Positions 25,301 through 40,600 of a stretch of 64,000 bases of DNA are shown here, piece by piece; position 1 is the first letter of the stretch, and each line of letters opens with the position of its first letter. The position numbers were made by a program, and so were the translations under genes. This DNA is from Haplodiscus bocki. Lineage: Eukaryota. The stretch lies in NCBI GenBank assembly GCA_965655095.1, contig OZ296648.1, positions 106,206,001 to 106,270,000 on the forward strand. Direction: 5' to 3'. Below the pieces are notes generated by a model. It worked only from the letters and a program-made list of their open reading frames with translations, did no database searches and was not told the origin of the DNA.

Positions 25301-28300
25301 ACATTACCACCTGCGTTATTCAAGATTGGGCATCTTCGGATTGTACGTTTTTGTAGCATACAACACATTTCGTAGTGGCCGTTGATGACGAGTCGTTCAT
25401 TTGTTACGGAATTTATTATTGGAAACATTTTTTAAAAGAGTAGCGAAATGTGTATTTGATTTTTTATGTCTATGATATGCAGTTCTTTTAAAATGTCTAC
25501 TGCACAAATGTATCACGAATTTTAAATTTTGATTTGACTTCAATCAATCTGCAAAAATCAACGGCATAAATTTCAATTATCGCTGTCATTTACTGTTTTT
25601 TTTGTTAGAATATTTAAAAACTACTTCACCGGTCAACTCATCGTTCAACTCTCTCAGGCTTTGTGACAGAATTCCTAGTGAAGTTCCCACCTCAGAGAAT
25701 CCTTTTCCGTCGATGAGATTGGTTTATAATAGTTCATCCTATAGAACGCGATTATGCCAAAGATTGGGGCATTTTGGTTAGAGGTGAACTCCAAACACTT
25801 CGGCTGTAGCCATAACTTTTACCATTGACACTACCATTATAGAAGTCGAGATTGGATAAGGATTGAATGCATTTAAAAAAGAGAAATGACAAATATGCGA
25901 TTTTTTATAATCTCAATAGTGGCCATATTTACAGAACAAATCACGCGTTTTTGTGAGCCTGGTCGCGTAATCATCTTCATTTACCTTCCCAACACCTGGG
26001 GCATTATAGAAAAGCGTAAGACTTCCAATAAGTTTTTACTTTCTTGCACTTATATTCGTATATGTATGTGAAATGTATGGATATATATATCTAGATACCT
26101 TGGTAGATTTTTCTGTTGGAAGGTAAAGGTGAAAGTTTAATTGAATGTTATACGCTTTTTCATAACGCCCCAGGTGTTGGAGGTGTAAATGGAAAAATTT
26201 GGAAGCAGGCTCCGGTAATTGTTCTAGAGTCAGAGATTTAACATGTCTATGAATAGTTGCTGCGACAGTTGCATGCTTAACTGGGACGTCAACTTGGATC
26301 ATACTGATGCAATCGGCCGCCAGTCTGGTGCCGTTTATTAGCCTTAGCCGTATTGTTGAAGCTCAGATGATTTTTTCCATCAGTCTAATTATGTGCTCTA
26401 ATGGTTGATTACTTCGCTCTACTGATCAAAACTTGAGACAAACCCTTTCGGCATGCTTGACCAGTTTGCTTCTGTTTAATGCATGTTTTTTGTCGGCAGT
26501 GTGTTAACTGGACAAAAAACAAACAATATACCTTTCAATTGATAAATTGCTGTTTTTTAAAATTTCTCGCTCAGTTTTCGCCAAACACATTAACATTTCG
26601 AGGAGCTGCGCGACCAGGGAAACCAAAAAATGCAAATGAGCAGGAACGTCAAATCATTCATATTGTTGATTGATGTGTAAACATTACCACCTGCGTCATT
26701 CAAGATTGGGCATCTTCGGATTGTACGTTTTTCTAGCATACAACACATTTCGTAGTGGCCGTTGATGACGAGTAGTTCATTTGTTACGGAATATATTATT
26801 GGAAACATTTTTTAAAACCGTTGCGAAATGTGTCTTCGATTTTTTATCTCTATAATATGCAGTTCTATTACATTGTGTACTGCACAAATTTATCAGAGTT
26901 TTTAAATTTTGGTTTGACTTCAATCAATCGGCGTAAATCACTGGCATAAGTTTCAATTATCGCTATCTTTTACTGTTTATTTTTCGTTAGAATATCAAAA
27001 AAGAACTTCACTGGCCAACTCATCATTTCAACTCTTTCAGGCTGTAGAAAGCGAATATGCCAAAGATTGGGGGATATTGGTTAGAAGTGGACTCCAAACA
27101 CTTCGGCTGTAGCCATAACTTTTACCATTGACACTACCACTATAGGAGGCGAAATTGGATAAGGATTCATTGCATTTTAAAAAGATAATTGACAATTTTG
27201 CGTTCTTTTTAATCTCAATAGTGGCCATATTTACAGAATAAATCACGCATTTTTGTGAGCCTGGTGCCTTGATCTTTTTCATTCACCTCCCCAAAACCTG
27301 GGGGCAAAGTAAAAAAGCGTCAGACTTCCGATAAGTTTTTTACTTTCTTGTATTTATATTCGTATTTGTATGTGAAGTGTATGGATATATATCTAGATAC
27401 CTTGGTAGATTTTTCTGTTGGGAGGTAAAGGTGAAAATATAATTAAATGTTATACGCTTTTTCATAATGCGCCCAGGTGTTGGAGATGTAAATGGAAAAA
27501 TTTGGAAGCAGGCTCCGGTAATTGTTCTAGAGTCAGAGATTTAACGTGTCTATGAAGAGTTGCTGCGACTGTTGCATGCTTAACTGGGACGTCAACTTGG
27601 ATCATACTGATGCAATCGGCTGCCAGTCTGGTGCCGTTTATTAGCCTTAGCCGTATTGTTGAAGCTCAGATGAATTTTTCCATCAGTCTAAACATGTGCT
27701 TTAATGGTTGATTACTTGGCTCAGCTGATCAAAACTTGAGACAAACACTTTCGGCATGCTTGACCAGTTTTCTTCTGTTTAATGCATGTTTTTTGTCGGC
27801 AGTGTGTTAACTGGACATAAAACAAACAATATACCTTTCAATTAATAAATGGCTGTATTTTAAAATTTCTCGCGCAGTTTTCGCTATACACATCAAAATT
27901 TCGTGGCGCTGCGCTACCAGGGAACTAAAAAAATGCAGTTTAACAGGAACATCAAATCATTCATGTTATTGCTTGATGCAAACACATGTTACTAATTGCG
28001 CAAACACATCGCTATTAATTGCGTCAATCAAGATCGGGCATTTTCGGATTGTATGTTTTTAAAGAATACAACGCATTTCTTAGTAGTGGCCGTTGATGAC
28101 GACTCGTTCATTTATTAGCGAATATGTTATTTGAAATATTTTTTTACGTGTTGCAACATGTGTATTTGATTTTCTATGTCTATAATATGCACTTTTTTTG
28201 AAATGTCTGACGCCTATATCACAAAATCAAGTATTCGATTTGACTTCAACCTTTCTGAAAAAATGACCAGCATAAATTTCAACTGTTGCGGTCCCTTACT

Positions 28301-31300
28301 ATTTCTTTGTTCAATTATCAAGACAAATTCAGTGGCCAATTCATCATTTCAACTTTTTCAGTCTTTGCGAGTAAGAATCCTTAGTGAATTTACCCCCTCC
28401 TTGAATCGTTTCTTTCGAACGGATTGGTTTAGAGTTCCGCCTATAGCAAGCGATATTGCCAAGCAGTGGAGGAAATTGGTTAGAAGTCAACTCCAAAGAC
28501 TCTGGCCATAGACCTAACTTCTGCTCATGACACTAGCACTATAAGAGGCGAAAATAAATAAGGATTGATTGCAATAATACGGATATGACAATTATACGGT
28601 TTTTATAATCTGAGTAGTGGCCATATTTACAAAACAAATCACGCTGTTTTTTTGTGGGCCTGATGCCCTAATTTTCTTTTCATTTAATTCTCCAACACCA
28701 GAAGGCATTTTAAAAAAGTGTAAGGCTCTCAAAAAGGTTTTCACAATTTTTTCTAACTTTATTTGTATATGTATGTGAAGTGTAATGATATAATTTTAGA
28801 TAGTTTGGTAGATTTTTATGTGTTGGAAGGTAAATGTGAAATTATCATTCAACATCTTACGCTCTTTCCTAATGCCCCCAAGTGTTGGGGAGGTAAATGA
28901 AAATAATTATGGGAGCAGGCTCCGGGAATTGTTCTAGAATTGGGGTTTTAACATGTCTCCGACAAGTTGCTGCGACAGTTGCATGCTTAACTGGGACGTG
29001 GACTTGGATCATACTGATGCAATCGGCGGCCAGTCTGGTACCGTTCCTTAGCAGTATTGTTGGAGCTCAGCTGTTTTTTTCCATCAGTCTAAACATGTGC
29101 TCTATTGGTTGATTACTTCGCTCAGCTAATCAAAACTTGAGGCAAACCCTGTTGGCATGCTTGGCAAATTTCCTCCTGCTGAAAGCATGTTTTTTGTTGG
29201 CAGTGTGTTAACTGGACAAAAAACACATTATACCTTTCATTCATTAAATGGCTGTTTTTTAAAATTTCTCGCTCAGTTTTCGATAAACACATTAACATTT
29301 CGAGGAGCTGCGCGGCCAGGGAAACCAAAAAATGCAAATAAGCAGGAACGTCAAATCATTCATATTGTTGATTGATGTGAAAACATTACCAGTTTGGTCA
29401 TTCAAGGTCGGGCAACATCGGATTGTATGTTTTTCTAGCAAACAACACATTTCGTAGTGGCCGTTGATGACGAGTCGTTCATTTGTTACGGAATATATTA
29501 TTGGAAACATTTTTTAAAAGAGTAGCGAAATGTGTATTTGATTTTCTATGTCTATGATATGCAGTTCTTTTAAAATATCTACTGCCCAAGTATCTCACGA
29601 ATTTTAAATTTTGATTTGACTTCAATCAATCTGCAAAAATCAACGGCATAAATTTCAATTATCGCTGTCATTTACTGTTTTTTTGTTAGAATATTAAAAA
29701 ACTACTTCACCGGCCAACTCATTGTTCAACTCTCTCAGGCTTTGTGACAGAATTCCTAGTGAAGTTCCCACTTCAGAGAATCCTTTTCCGTCGATGAGAT
29801 TGGTTTATATTTCATCCTATAGAACGCGATTATGCCAAAGATTGGGGCATTTTGGTTAGAGGTGAACTCCAAACACTTCGGCTGTAGCCATAACTTTTAC
29901 CATTGACACTACCATTATAGAAGTCGAGATTGGATAAGGATTGAATGCATTTAGAAAAGAGAAATGACAAATATGCGATTTTTTATAATCTCAATAGTGG
30001 CCATATTTACAGAACAAATCACGCGTTTTTGTGAGCCTGGTCGCGTAATCATCTTCATTTACCTTCCCAACACCTGGGGCATTTTAGAAAAGCGTAAGAC
30101 TTCCAATAAGTTTTTACTTTCTTGTACTTATATTCGTATATGTATGTGAAATGTATGGATATATATATCTAGATACCTTGGCAGATTTTTCTGTTAGAAG
30201 CTAAAGGTGAAAATTTAATTGAATGTTATACGCTTTTTCATAATGCTTTGGTGTTGGAGGTGGAAATGGAAAAATTTGGAAGCAGGCTCCGGTAATTGTT
30301 CTAGAGTCAGAGATTTAACATGTCTATGAAGAGTTGCTGCGACAGTTGCATGCTTAACTGGGACGTCAACTTGGATCATACTGATGCAATCGGCCGCCAG
30401 TCTGGTGCCGTTTATTAGCCTTAGCCGTATTGTTGAAGCTCAGATGAATTTTTCCATCAGTCTAAACATGTGCTCTAATGGTTGATTACTTCGCTCTACT
30501 GATCAAAACTTGAGACAAACCCTTTCGGCATGCTTGACCAGTTTGCTTCTGTTTAATGCATGTTTTTTGTCGGCAGTGTGTTAACTGGACAAAAAACACA
30601 ATATACCTCTCAATTTTTAAATGGCTCTTTTGTAGAATTTCTCGCGCAGTTTTCTCTATACACATCAGTATTTCGTGGAGCTGCGCGACCAGGGAAAGCA
30701 AAAAGTGAAAATGAGCAGGAGCGTCAAATCATTCATATTGTTGATTGATGTGAAAACATTACCACTTGCGTCATTCAGGTTCGGGCATCTTCGGATTTTA
30801 TGATTTCTTAGCAAACAACACATTTCGTAGTGGCCGTTGATGACGAGTCGTTCATTTGTCACGGAATATATTATTGGAAACATTTTTTTAAACCTTTGCG
30901 AAATGTGCATTTGATTTTTTATGTCTATAAAATGAATTTCTTTTAAAATGTCTACTGCACAAATATATGGGAATTTTTAAATTTTGGTTGGACTTCAATC
31001 ATTCTGCGTAAATCACTGGCATAAGTTTCAATTATCGCTGTCATTTACTGTTTATTTTTCCTTAGAATAATAAAAAAACTTCACTGGCCAACTCATCATT
31101 TTAACTCTCAGGCTTTGTGACCGAGCATTCCTAGTGAAGTTCCCCCTTCACAGAATCGTTTTTCGTTGATCAGATTGGTTTATAGTTCCTCCTATACAAA
31201 GCGAATATGCCAAAGATTGGGGGATATTGGTTAGAGGTGATTTCCAAACGCTTCGGCTGTAGCTATATCTTTTACCATTGACACTACCACTAAAGGAGTC

Positions 31301-31656
31301 AAAATTGGATAAGGATTGATTGCATTTAAAAAAGATAATTCACAATTATTCGTTTTTTAAATCTCAATAGTGGCCATTTTTACAGAATAAAACACGCATT
31401 TTTGTGAGCCTGGTGCCCTGATCTTTTTCATTTACCTCCCGAACACCTCGGGACAAATTAAAAAAGCGTCAGACTTCCGATAAGTTTTTTACTTTCTTGT
31501 ACTTGTATTCGTATATGTATGTGAAGTGTATGGATATGTATCTAGATACCTTGGTAGATTTTTCTGTTGGAAGGTAAAGGTTAAAATATAATTAAATGTT
31601 TTACGCTTTTTCATAATGCCCCAGGTGTTGGAGATGTAAATGCAAAAATTTGTGAG

Positions 31657-34600
31657 CAGGCTCCGGTAATTGTTCTATAGTCAGAGATTTAACATGTCTT
31701 TGAAGATTTGCCGCAACAGTTGCATGCTTATTTGAGACATCCACTTGGATCATATTGATGCAATCAGCGGCCAGTCTGGTGCCGTTCCTTAGCTGTATTG
31801 TTGAAGCTCAGCTGAATTTTTCCATCAGTCTGAACATGTGCTCTAATGGTTGATTACTTCGCTCAGCTGATCAAAACTTGATACAAACCCTGTTGGCATG
31901 CTTGGCAAATTTCCTCCTGCTGAAAGCAAGTTTTTTGTTGGCAGTGTGTTAACTGGACAAAAAACACGTTATACCTCTCAATTTTTAAATGGCTGTTTTT
32001 TAGAATTTCTCGCGCAGTTTTTGCTATACACATCAGTATTTCGTGGAGCTGCGCGACCAGGGAAAGCAAAAAATGAAAATGAGCAGGAGCGTCAAATCAT
32101 TCATATTGTTGGTTGATGTGAAAACATTACCACTTGCGTCATTCAGGATCGGGCATCTTCGGATTGTATGATTTTTTAGCAAAAAACACATTTCGTAGTG
32201 GCCGTTGATGACGAGTCGTTCATTTGTCACGGAATATATTATTGGAAACCTTTAAACCGTTGCGAAATGTGCATTTGTTTTTTTCTCTATAATATGCATT
32301 TCTTTTAAAAGGTCTACTACACAAATATATGGGAATTTTTAAATTTTGGTTTGACTTCAATCATTCTGCGTAAATCACTGGCATAAGTTTCAATTATCGC
32401 TGTCATTTACTGTTTATTTTTCCTTAGAATAATAAAAAACTTCACTGGCCAATTCATCATTTCAACTCTCAGGCTTTGTGACTGAGCATTCCTAGTGAAG
32501 TTCCCCCTTCACAGAATCGTTTTTCGTTGATCAGATTGGTTTATAGTTCCTCCTATACAAAGCGAATATGCCAAAGATTGGGGGATATTGGTTAGAGGTG
32601 ATTTCCAAACGCTTCGGCTGTAGCTATATCTTTTACCATTGACACTACCACTAAAGGAGTCAAAATTGGATAAGGATTGATTGCATTTAAAAAAGATAAT
32701 TCACAATTATTCGTTTTTTAAATCTCAATAGTGGCCATTTTTACAGAATAAAACACGCATTTTTGTGAGCCTGGTGCCCTGATCTTTTTCATTTACCTCC
32801 CGAACACCTCGGGACAAATTAAAAAAGCGTCAGACTTCCGATAAGTTTTTTACTTTCTTGTACTTGTATTCGTATATGTATGTGAAGTGTATGGATATGT
32901 ATCTAGATACCTTGGTAGATTTTTCTGTTGGAAGGTAAAGGTTAAAATATAATTAAATGTTTTACGCTTTTTCATAATGCCCCAGGTGTTGGAGATGTAA
33001 ATGCAAAAATTTGTGAGCAGGCTCCGGTAATTGTTCTATAGTCAGAGATTTAACATGTCTTTGAAGATTTGCCGCAACAGTTGCATGCTTATTTGAGACA
33101 TCCACTTGGATCATATTGATGCAATCAGCGGCCAGTCTGGTGCCGTTCCTTAGCTGTATTGTTGAAGCTCAGCTGAATTTTTCCATCAGTCTGAACATGT
33201 GCTCTAATGGTTGATTACTTCGCTCAGCTGATCAAAACTTGATACAAACCCTGTTGGCATGCTTGGCAAATTTCCTCCTGCTGAAAGCAAGTTTTTTGTT
33301 GGCAGTGTGTTAACTGGACAAAAAACACGTTATACCTCTCAATTTTTAAATGGCTGTTTTTTAGAATTTCTCGCGCAGTTTTTGCTATACACATCAGTAT
33401 TTCGTGGAGCTGCGCGACCAGGGAAAGCAAAAAATGAAAATGAGCAGGAGCGTCAAATCATTCATATTGTTGGTTGATGTGAAAACATTACCACTTGCGT
33501 CATTCAGGGTCGGGCATCTTCGGATTGTATGATTTTTTAGCAAAAAACACATTTCGTAGTGGCCGTTGATGACGAGTCGTTCATTTGTCACGGAATATAT
33601 TATTGGAAACCTTTAAACCGTTGCGAAATGTGCATTTGTTTTTTTCTCTATAATATGCATTTCTTTTAAAATGTCTACTGCACAAATATATGGGAATTTT
33701 TAAATTTTGGTTGGACTTCAATCATTCTGCGTAAATCACTGGCATAAGTTTCAATTATCGCTGTCATTTACTGTTTATTTTTCCTTAGAATAATAAAAAA
33801 CTTCACTGGCCAATTCATCATTTCAACTCTCAGGCTTTGTGACTGAGCATTCCTAGTGAAGTTCCCCCTTCTAAGAATCGTTTTTCGTTGATCAGATTGG
33901 TTTATAGTTCCTCCTATGCAAAGCGAAAATGCCAAAGATTGGGGGATATTGGTTAGAGGTGATTTCCAAACGCTGCGGCTGTAGCTATATCTTTTACCAT
34001 TGACACTACCCACTAAAGGAGTCCAAATTGGATAAGGATTGATTGCATTTAAAAAAGATAATTCACAATTATTCGTTTTTTAAATCTCAATAGTGGCCAT
34101 TTTTACAGCATAAAACACGCATTTTTGTGAGCCTGGTGCCCTGATCTTTTTCATTTACCTCCCGAACACCTCGGGACAAATTAAAAAAGCGTCAGACTTC
34201 CGATAAGTTTTTTACTTTCTTGTACTTGTATTCGTATATGTATGTGAAGTGTATGGATATGTATCTAGATACCTTGGTAGATTTTTCTGTTGGAAGGTAA
34301 AGGTTAAAATATAATTAAATGTTTTACGCTTTTTCATAATGCCCCAGGTGTTGGAGATGTAAATGCAAAAATTTGTGAGCAGGCTCCGGTAATTGTTCTA
34401 TAGTCAGAGATTTAACATGTCTTTGAAGATTTGCCGCAACAGTTGCATGCTTATTTGAGACATCCACTTGGATCATATTGATGCAATCAGCGGCCAGTCT
34501 GGTGCCGTTCCTTAGCTGTATTGTTGAAGCTCAGCTGAATTTTTCCATCAGTCTGAACATGTGCTCTAATGGTTGATTACTTCGCTCAGCTGATCAAAAC

Positions 34601-37600
34601 TTGATACAAACCCTGTTGGCATGCTTGGCAAATTTCCTCCTGCTGAAAGCAAGTTTTTTGTTGGCAGTGTGTTAACTGGACAAAAAACACGTTATACCTC
34701 TCAATTTTTAAATGGCTGTTTTTTAGAATTTCTCGCGCAGTTTTTGCTATACACATCAGTATTTCGTGGAGCTGCGCGACCAGGGAAAGCAAAAAATGAA
34801 AATGAGCAGGAGCGTCAAATCATTCATATTGTTGGTTGATGTGAAAACATTACCACTTGCGTCATTCAGGATCGGGCATCTTCGGATTGTATGATTTTTT
34901 AGCAAAAAACACATTTCGTAGTGGCCGTTGATGACGAGTCGTTCATTTGTCACGGAATATATTATTGGAAACCTTTAAACCGTTGCGAAATGTGCATTTG
35001 TTTTTTTCTCTATAATATGCATTTCTTTTAAAAGGTCTACTACACAAATATATGGGAATTTTTAAATTTTGGTTTGACTTCAATCATTCTGCGTAAATCA
35101 CTGGCATAAGTTTCAATTATCGCTGTCATTTACTGTTTATTTTTCCTTAGAATAATAAAAAACTTCACTGGCCAATTCATCATTTCAACTCTCAGGCTTT
35201 GTGACTGAGCATTCCTAGTGAAGTTCCCCCTTCACAGAATCGTTTTTCGTTGATCAGATTGGTTTATAGTTCCTCCTATACAAAGCGAATATGCCAAAGA
35301 TTGGGGGATATTGGTTAGAGGTGATTTCCAAACGCTTCGGCTGTAGCTATATCTTTTACCATTGACACTACCACTAAAGGAGTCAAAATTGGATAAGGAT
35401 TGATTGCATTTAAAAAAGATAATTCACAATTATTCGTTTTTTAAATCTCAATAGTGGCCATTTTTACAGAATAAAACACGCATTTTTGTGAGCCTGGTGC
35501 CCTGATCTTTTTCATTTACCTCCCGAACACCTCGGGACAAATTAAAAAAGCGTCAGACTTCCGATAAGTTTTTTACTTTCTTGTACTTGTATTCGTATAT
35601 GTATGTGAAGTGTATGGATATGTATCTAGATACCTTGGTAGATTTTTCTGTTGGAAGGTAAAGGTTAAAATATAATTAAATGTTTTACGCTTTTTCATAA
35701 TGCCCCAGGTGTTGGAGATGTAAATGCAAAAATTTGTGAGCAGGCTCCGGTAATTGTTCTATAGTCAGAGATTTAACATGTCTTTGAAGATTTGCCGCAA
35801 CAGTTGCATGCTTATTTGAGACATCCACTTGGATCATATTGATGCAATCAGCGGCCAGTCTGGTGCCGTTCCTTAGCTGTATTGTTGAAGCTCAGCTGAA
35901 TTTTTCCATCAGTCTGAACATGTGCTCTAATGGTTGATTACTTCGCTCAGCTGATCAAAACTTGATACAAACCCTGTTGGCATGCTTGGCAAATTTCCTC
36001 CTGCTGAAAGCAAGTTTTTTGTTGGCAGTGTGTTAACTGGACAAAAAACACGTTATACCTCTCAATTTTTAAATGGCTGTTTTTTAGAATTTCTCGCGCA
36101 GTTTTTGCTATACACATCAGTATTTCGTGGAGCTGCGCGACCAGGGAAAGCAAAAAATGAAAATGAGCAGGAGCGTCAAATCATTCATATTGTTGGTTGA
36201 TGTGAAAACATTACCACTTGCGTCATTCAGGGTCGGGCATCTTCGGATTGTATGATTTTTTAGCAAAAAACACATTTCGTAGTGGCCGTTGATGACGAGT
36301 CGTTCATTTGTCACGGAATATATTATTGGAAACCTTTAAACCGTTGCGAAATGTGCATTTGTTTTTTTCTCTATAATATGCATTTCTTTTAAAAGGTCTA
36401 CTACACAAATATATGGGAATTTTTAAATTTTGGTTTGACTTCAATCATTCTGCGTAAATCACTGGCATAAGTTTCAATTATCGCTGTCATTTACTGTTTA
36501 TTTTTCCTTAGAATAATAAAAAACTTCACTGGCCAATTCATCATTTCAACTCTCAGGCTTTGTGACTGAGCATTCCTAGTGAAGTTCCCCCTTCTAAGAA
36601 TCGTTTTTCGTTGATCAGATTGGTTTATAGTTCCTCCTATGCAAAGCGAAAATGCCAAAGATTGGGGGATATTGGTTAGAGGTGATTTCCAAACGCTGCG
36701 GCTGTAGCTATATCTTTTACCATTGACACTACCCACTAAAGGAGTCCAAATTGGATAAGGATTGATTGCATTTAAAAAAGATAATTCACAATTATTCGTT
36801 TTTTAAATCTCAATAGTGGCCATTTTTACAGCATAAAACACGCATTTTTGTGAGCCTGGTGCCCTGATCTTTTTCATTTACCTCCCGAACACCTGGGGAC
36901 AAAATAAAAAAGCGTCAGACTTCCGATAAGTTTTTTACTTTCTTGTACTTGTATTGGTATATGTATGTGAAGTGTATGGATATGTATCTAGACACCTTGG
37001 TGGATTTTTCTGTTCGAAGGTAAAGGTGAAAGTATAATTAAATGTTATACGCTTTTTCATAATGCCCCCAGGTGTTGGAGATGTAAATGGAAAAATTTGG
37101 GAGCAGGCTCCGGTAATTGTTCTATAGTCAGAGATTTAACATGTCTTTGAAGATTTGCCCCAACAGTTGCATGCTTAACTGAGACATCCACTTGGATGAT
37201 ATTGATGCAATCGGCGGCCAGTCTGGTGGCGTTCCTTAGCCGTTTTGTTGGAGCTCAGATGAATTTTTCCATCAGTCTAAACATGTGCTCTAATGGTTGA
37301 TTACTTCGCTCAGCTGATCAAAACTTGATACAAACCCTGTTGGCATGCTTGGCAAATTTCCTCCTGCTGAAAGCAAGTTTTTTGTTGGCAGTGTGTTAAC
37401 TGGACAAAAAACACGTTATACCTCTCAATTTTTAAATGGCTGTTTTTTAGAATTTCTCGCGCAGTTTTTGCTATACACATCAGTATTTCGTGGAGCTGCG
37501 CGACCAGGGAAAGCAAAAAATGAAAATGAGCAGGAGCGTCAAATCATTCATATTGTTGATTGATGTGAAAACATTACCACTTGCGTCATTCAGGATCGGG

Positions 37601-40600
37601 CATCTTCGGATTGTATGATTTTTTAGCAAAAAACACATTTCGTAGTGGCCGTTGATGACGAGTCGTTCATTTGTCACGGAATATATTATTGGAAACATTT
37701 AAACCGTTGCGAAATGTGCATTTGTTTTTTTCTCTATAATATGCATTTCTTTTAAAATGTCTACTACACAAATATATGGGAATTTTTAAATTTTGGTTTG
37801 GCTTCAATCATTCTGCGTAAATCACTGGCATAAGTTTCAATTATCGCTGTCATTTACTGTTTATTTTTCCTTAAAATAATAAAAAACTTCACTGGCCAAT
37901 TCATCATTTCAACTCTCAGGCTTTGTGACTGAGCATTCCTAGTGAAGTTCCCCCTTCACAGAATCGTTTTTCGTTGATCAGATTGGTTTATAGTTCCTCC
38001 TATACAAAGCGAATATGCCAAAGATTGGGGGATATTGGTTAGAGGTGATTTCCAAACGCTTCGGCTGTAGCTATATCTTTTACCATTGACACTACCACTA
38101 AAGGAGTCAAAATTGGATAAGGATTGATTGCATTTAAAAAAGATAATTCACAATTATTCGTTTTTTAAATCTCAATAGTGGCCATTTTTACAGAATAAAA
38201 CACGCATTTTTGTGAGCCTGGTGCCCTGATCTTTTTCATTTACCTCCCGAACACCTCGGGACAAATTAAAAAAGCGTCAGACTTCCGATAAGTTTTTTAC
38301 TTTCTTGTACTTGTATTCGTATATGTATGTGAAGTGTATGGATATGTATCTAGATACCTTGGTAGATTTTTCTGTTGGAAGGTAAAGGTTAAAATATAAT
38401 TAAATGTTTTACGCTTTTTCATAATGCCCCAGGTGTTGGAGATGTAAATGCAAAAATTTGTGAGCAGGCTCCGGTAATTGTTCTATAGTCAGAGATTTAA
38501 CATGTCTTTGAAGATTTGCCGCAACAGTTGCATGCTTATTTGAGACATCCACTTGGATCATATTGATGCAATCAGCGGCCAGTCTGGTGCCGTTCCTTAG
38601 CTGTATTGTTGAAGCTCAGCTGAATTTTTCCATCAGTCTGAACATGTGCTCTAATGGTTGATTACTTCGCTCAGCTGATCAAAACTTGATACAAACCCTG
38701 TTGGCATGCTTGGCAAATTTCCTCCTGCTGAAAGCAAGTTTTTTGTTGGCAGTGTGTTAACTGGACAAAAAACACGTTATACCTCTCAATTTTTAAATGG
38801 CTGTTTTTTAGAATTTCTCGCGCAGTTTTTGCTATACACATCAGTATTTCGTGGAGCTGCGCGACCAGGGAAAGCAAAAAATGAAAATGAGCAGGAGCGT
38901 CAAATCATTCATATTGTTGGTTGATGTGAAAACATTACCACTTGCGTCATTCAGGATCGGGCATCTTCGGATTGTATGATTTTTTAGCAAAAAACACATT
39001 TCGTAGTGGCCGTTGATGACGAGTCGTTCATTTGTCACGGAATATATTATTGGAAACCTTTAAACCGTTGCGAAATGTGCATTTGTTTTTTTCTCTATAA
39101 TATGCATTTCTTTTAAAAGGTCTACTACACAAATATATGGGAATTTTTAAATTTTGGTTTGACTTCAATCATTCTGCGTAAATCACTGGCATAAGTTTCA
39201 ATTATCGCTGTCATTTACTGTTTATTTTTCCTTAGAATAATAAAAAACTTCACTGGCCAATTCATCATTTCAACTCTCAGGCTTTGTGACTGAGCATTCC
39301 TAGTGAAGTTCCCCCTTCACAGAATCGTTTTTCGTTGATCAGATTGGTTTATAGTTCCTCCTATACAAAGCGAATATGCCAAAGATTGGGGGATATTGGT
39401 TAGAGGTGATTTCCAAACGCTTCGGCTGTAGCTATATCTTTTACCATTGACACTACCACTAAAGGAGTCAAAATTGGATAAGGATTGATTGCATTTAAAA
39501 AAGATAATTCACAATTATTCGTTTTTTAAATCTCAATAGTGGCCATTTTTACAGAATAAAACACGCATTTTTGTGAGCCTGGTGCCCTGATCTTTTTCAT
39601 TTACCTCCCGAACACCTCGGGACAAATTAAAAAAGCGTCAGACTTCCGATAAGTTTTTTACTTTCTTGTACTTGTATTCGTATATGTATGTGAAGTGTAT
39701 GGATATGTATCTAGATACCTTGGTAGATTTTTCTGTTGGAAGGTAAAGGTTAAAATATAATTAAATGTTTTACGCTTTTTCATAATGCCCCAGGTGTTGG
39801 AGATGTAAATGCAAAAATTTGTGAGCAGGCTCCGGTAATTGTTCTATAGTCAGAGATTTAACATGTCTTTGAAGATTTGCCGCAACAGTTGCATGCTTAT
39901 TTGAGACATCCACTTGGATCATATTGATGCAATCAGCGGCCAGTCTGGTGCCGTTCCTTAGCTGTATTGTTGAAGCTCAGCTGAATTTTTCCATCAGTCT
40001 GAACATGTGCTCTAATGGTTGATTACTTCGCTCAGCTGATCAAAACTTGATACAAACCCTGTTGGCATGCTTGGCAAATTTCCTCCTGCTGAAAGCAAGT
40101 TTTTTGTTGGCAGTGTGTTAACTGGACAAAAAACACGTTATACCTCTCAATTTTTAAATGGCTGTTTTTTAGAATTTCTCGCGCAGTTTTTGCTATACAC
40201 ATCAGTATTTCGTGGAGCTGCGCGACCAGGGAAAGCAAAAAATGAAAATGAGCAGGAGCGTCAAATCATTCATATTGTTGGTTGATGTGAAAACATTACC
40301 ACTTGCGTCATTCAGGGTCGGGCATCTTCGGATTGTATGATTTTTTAGCAAAAAACACATTTCGTAGTGGCCGTTGATGACGAGTCGTTCATTTGTCACG
40401 GAATATATTATTGGAAACCTTTAAACCGTTGCGAAATGTGCATTTGTTTTTTTCTCTATAATATGCATTTCTTTTAAAAGGTCTACTACACAAATATATG
40501 GGAATTTTTAAATTTTGGTTTGACTTCAATCATTCTGCGTAAATCACTGGCATAAGTTTCAATTATCGCTGTCATTTACTGTTTATTTTTCCTTAGAATA

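Larger units (their letters stand above)
13773..30282. repeat. HOR domain 3: B-A dimer, then B-A-C trimers (~4.08 kb) with one collapsed copy; C is an A subtype carrying a ~79-bp deletion
   Basis: B at 13773, 16549, 20661 and 27509; A at 15167, 17977, 22060, 24825 and 28916; C at 19358 and 26206 (1303 bp each); C/B hybrid at 23443. Offsets: 17977 to 22060 = 4083; 22060 to 24825 = 2765. Confidence 0.85.

Noticed and set aside
32895-32920. Helitron 3' end (palindromes GTATCTAGATAC and TACCTTGGTA near CTAG)
   Set aside because: The hairpin is only 4 bp and abuts CTAG instead of being a GC-rich 16-20 nt stem ~11 nt upstream, and it is absent from B monomers.
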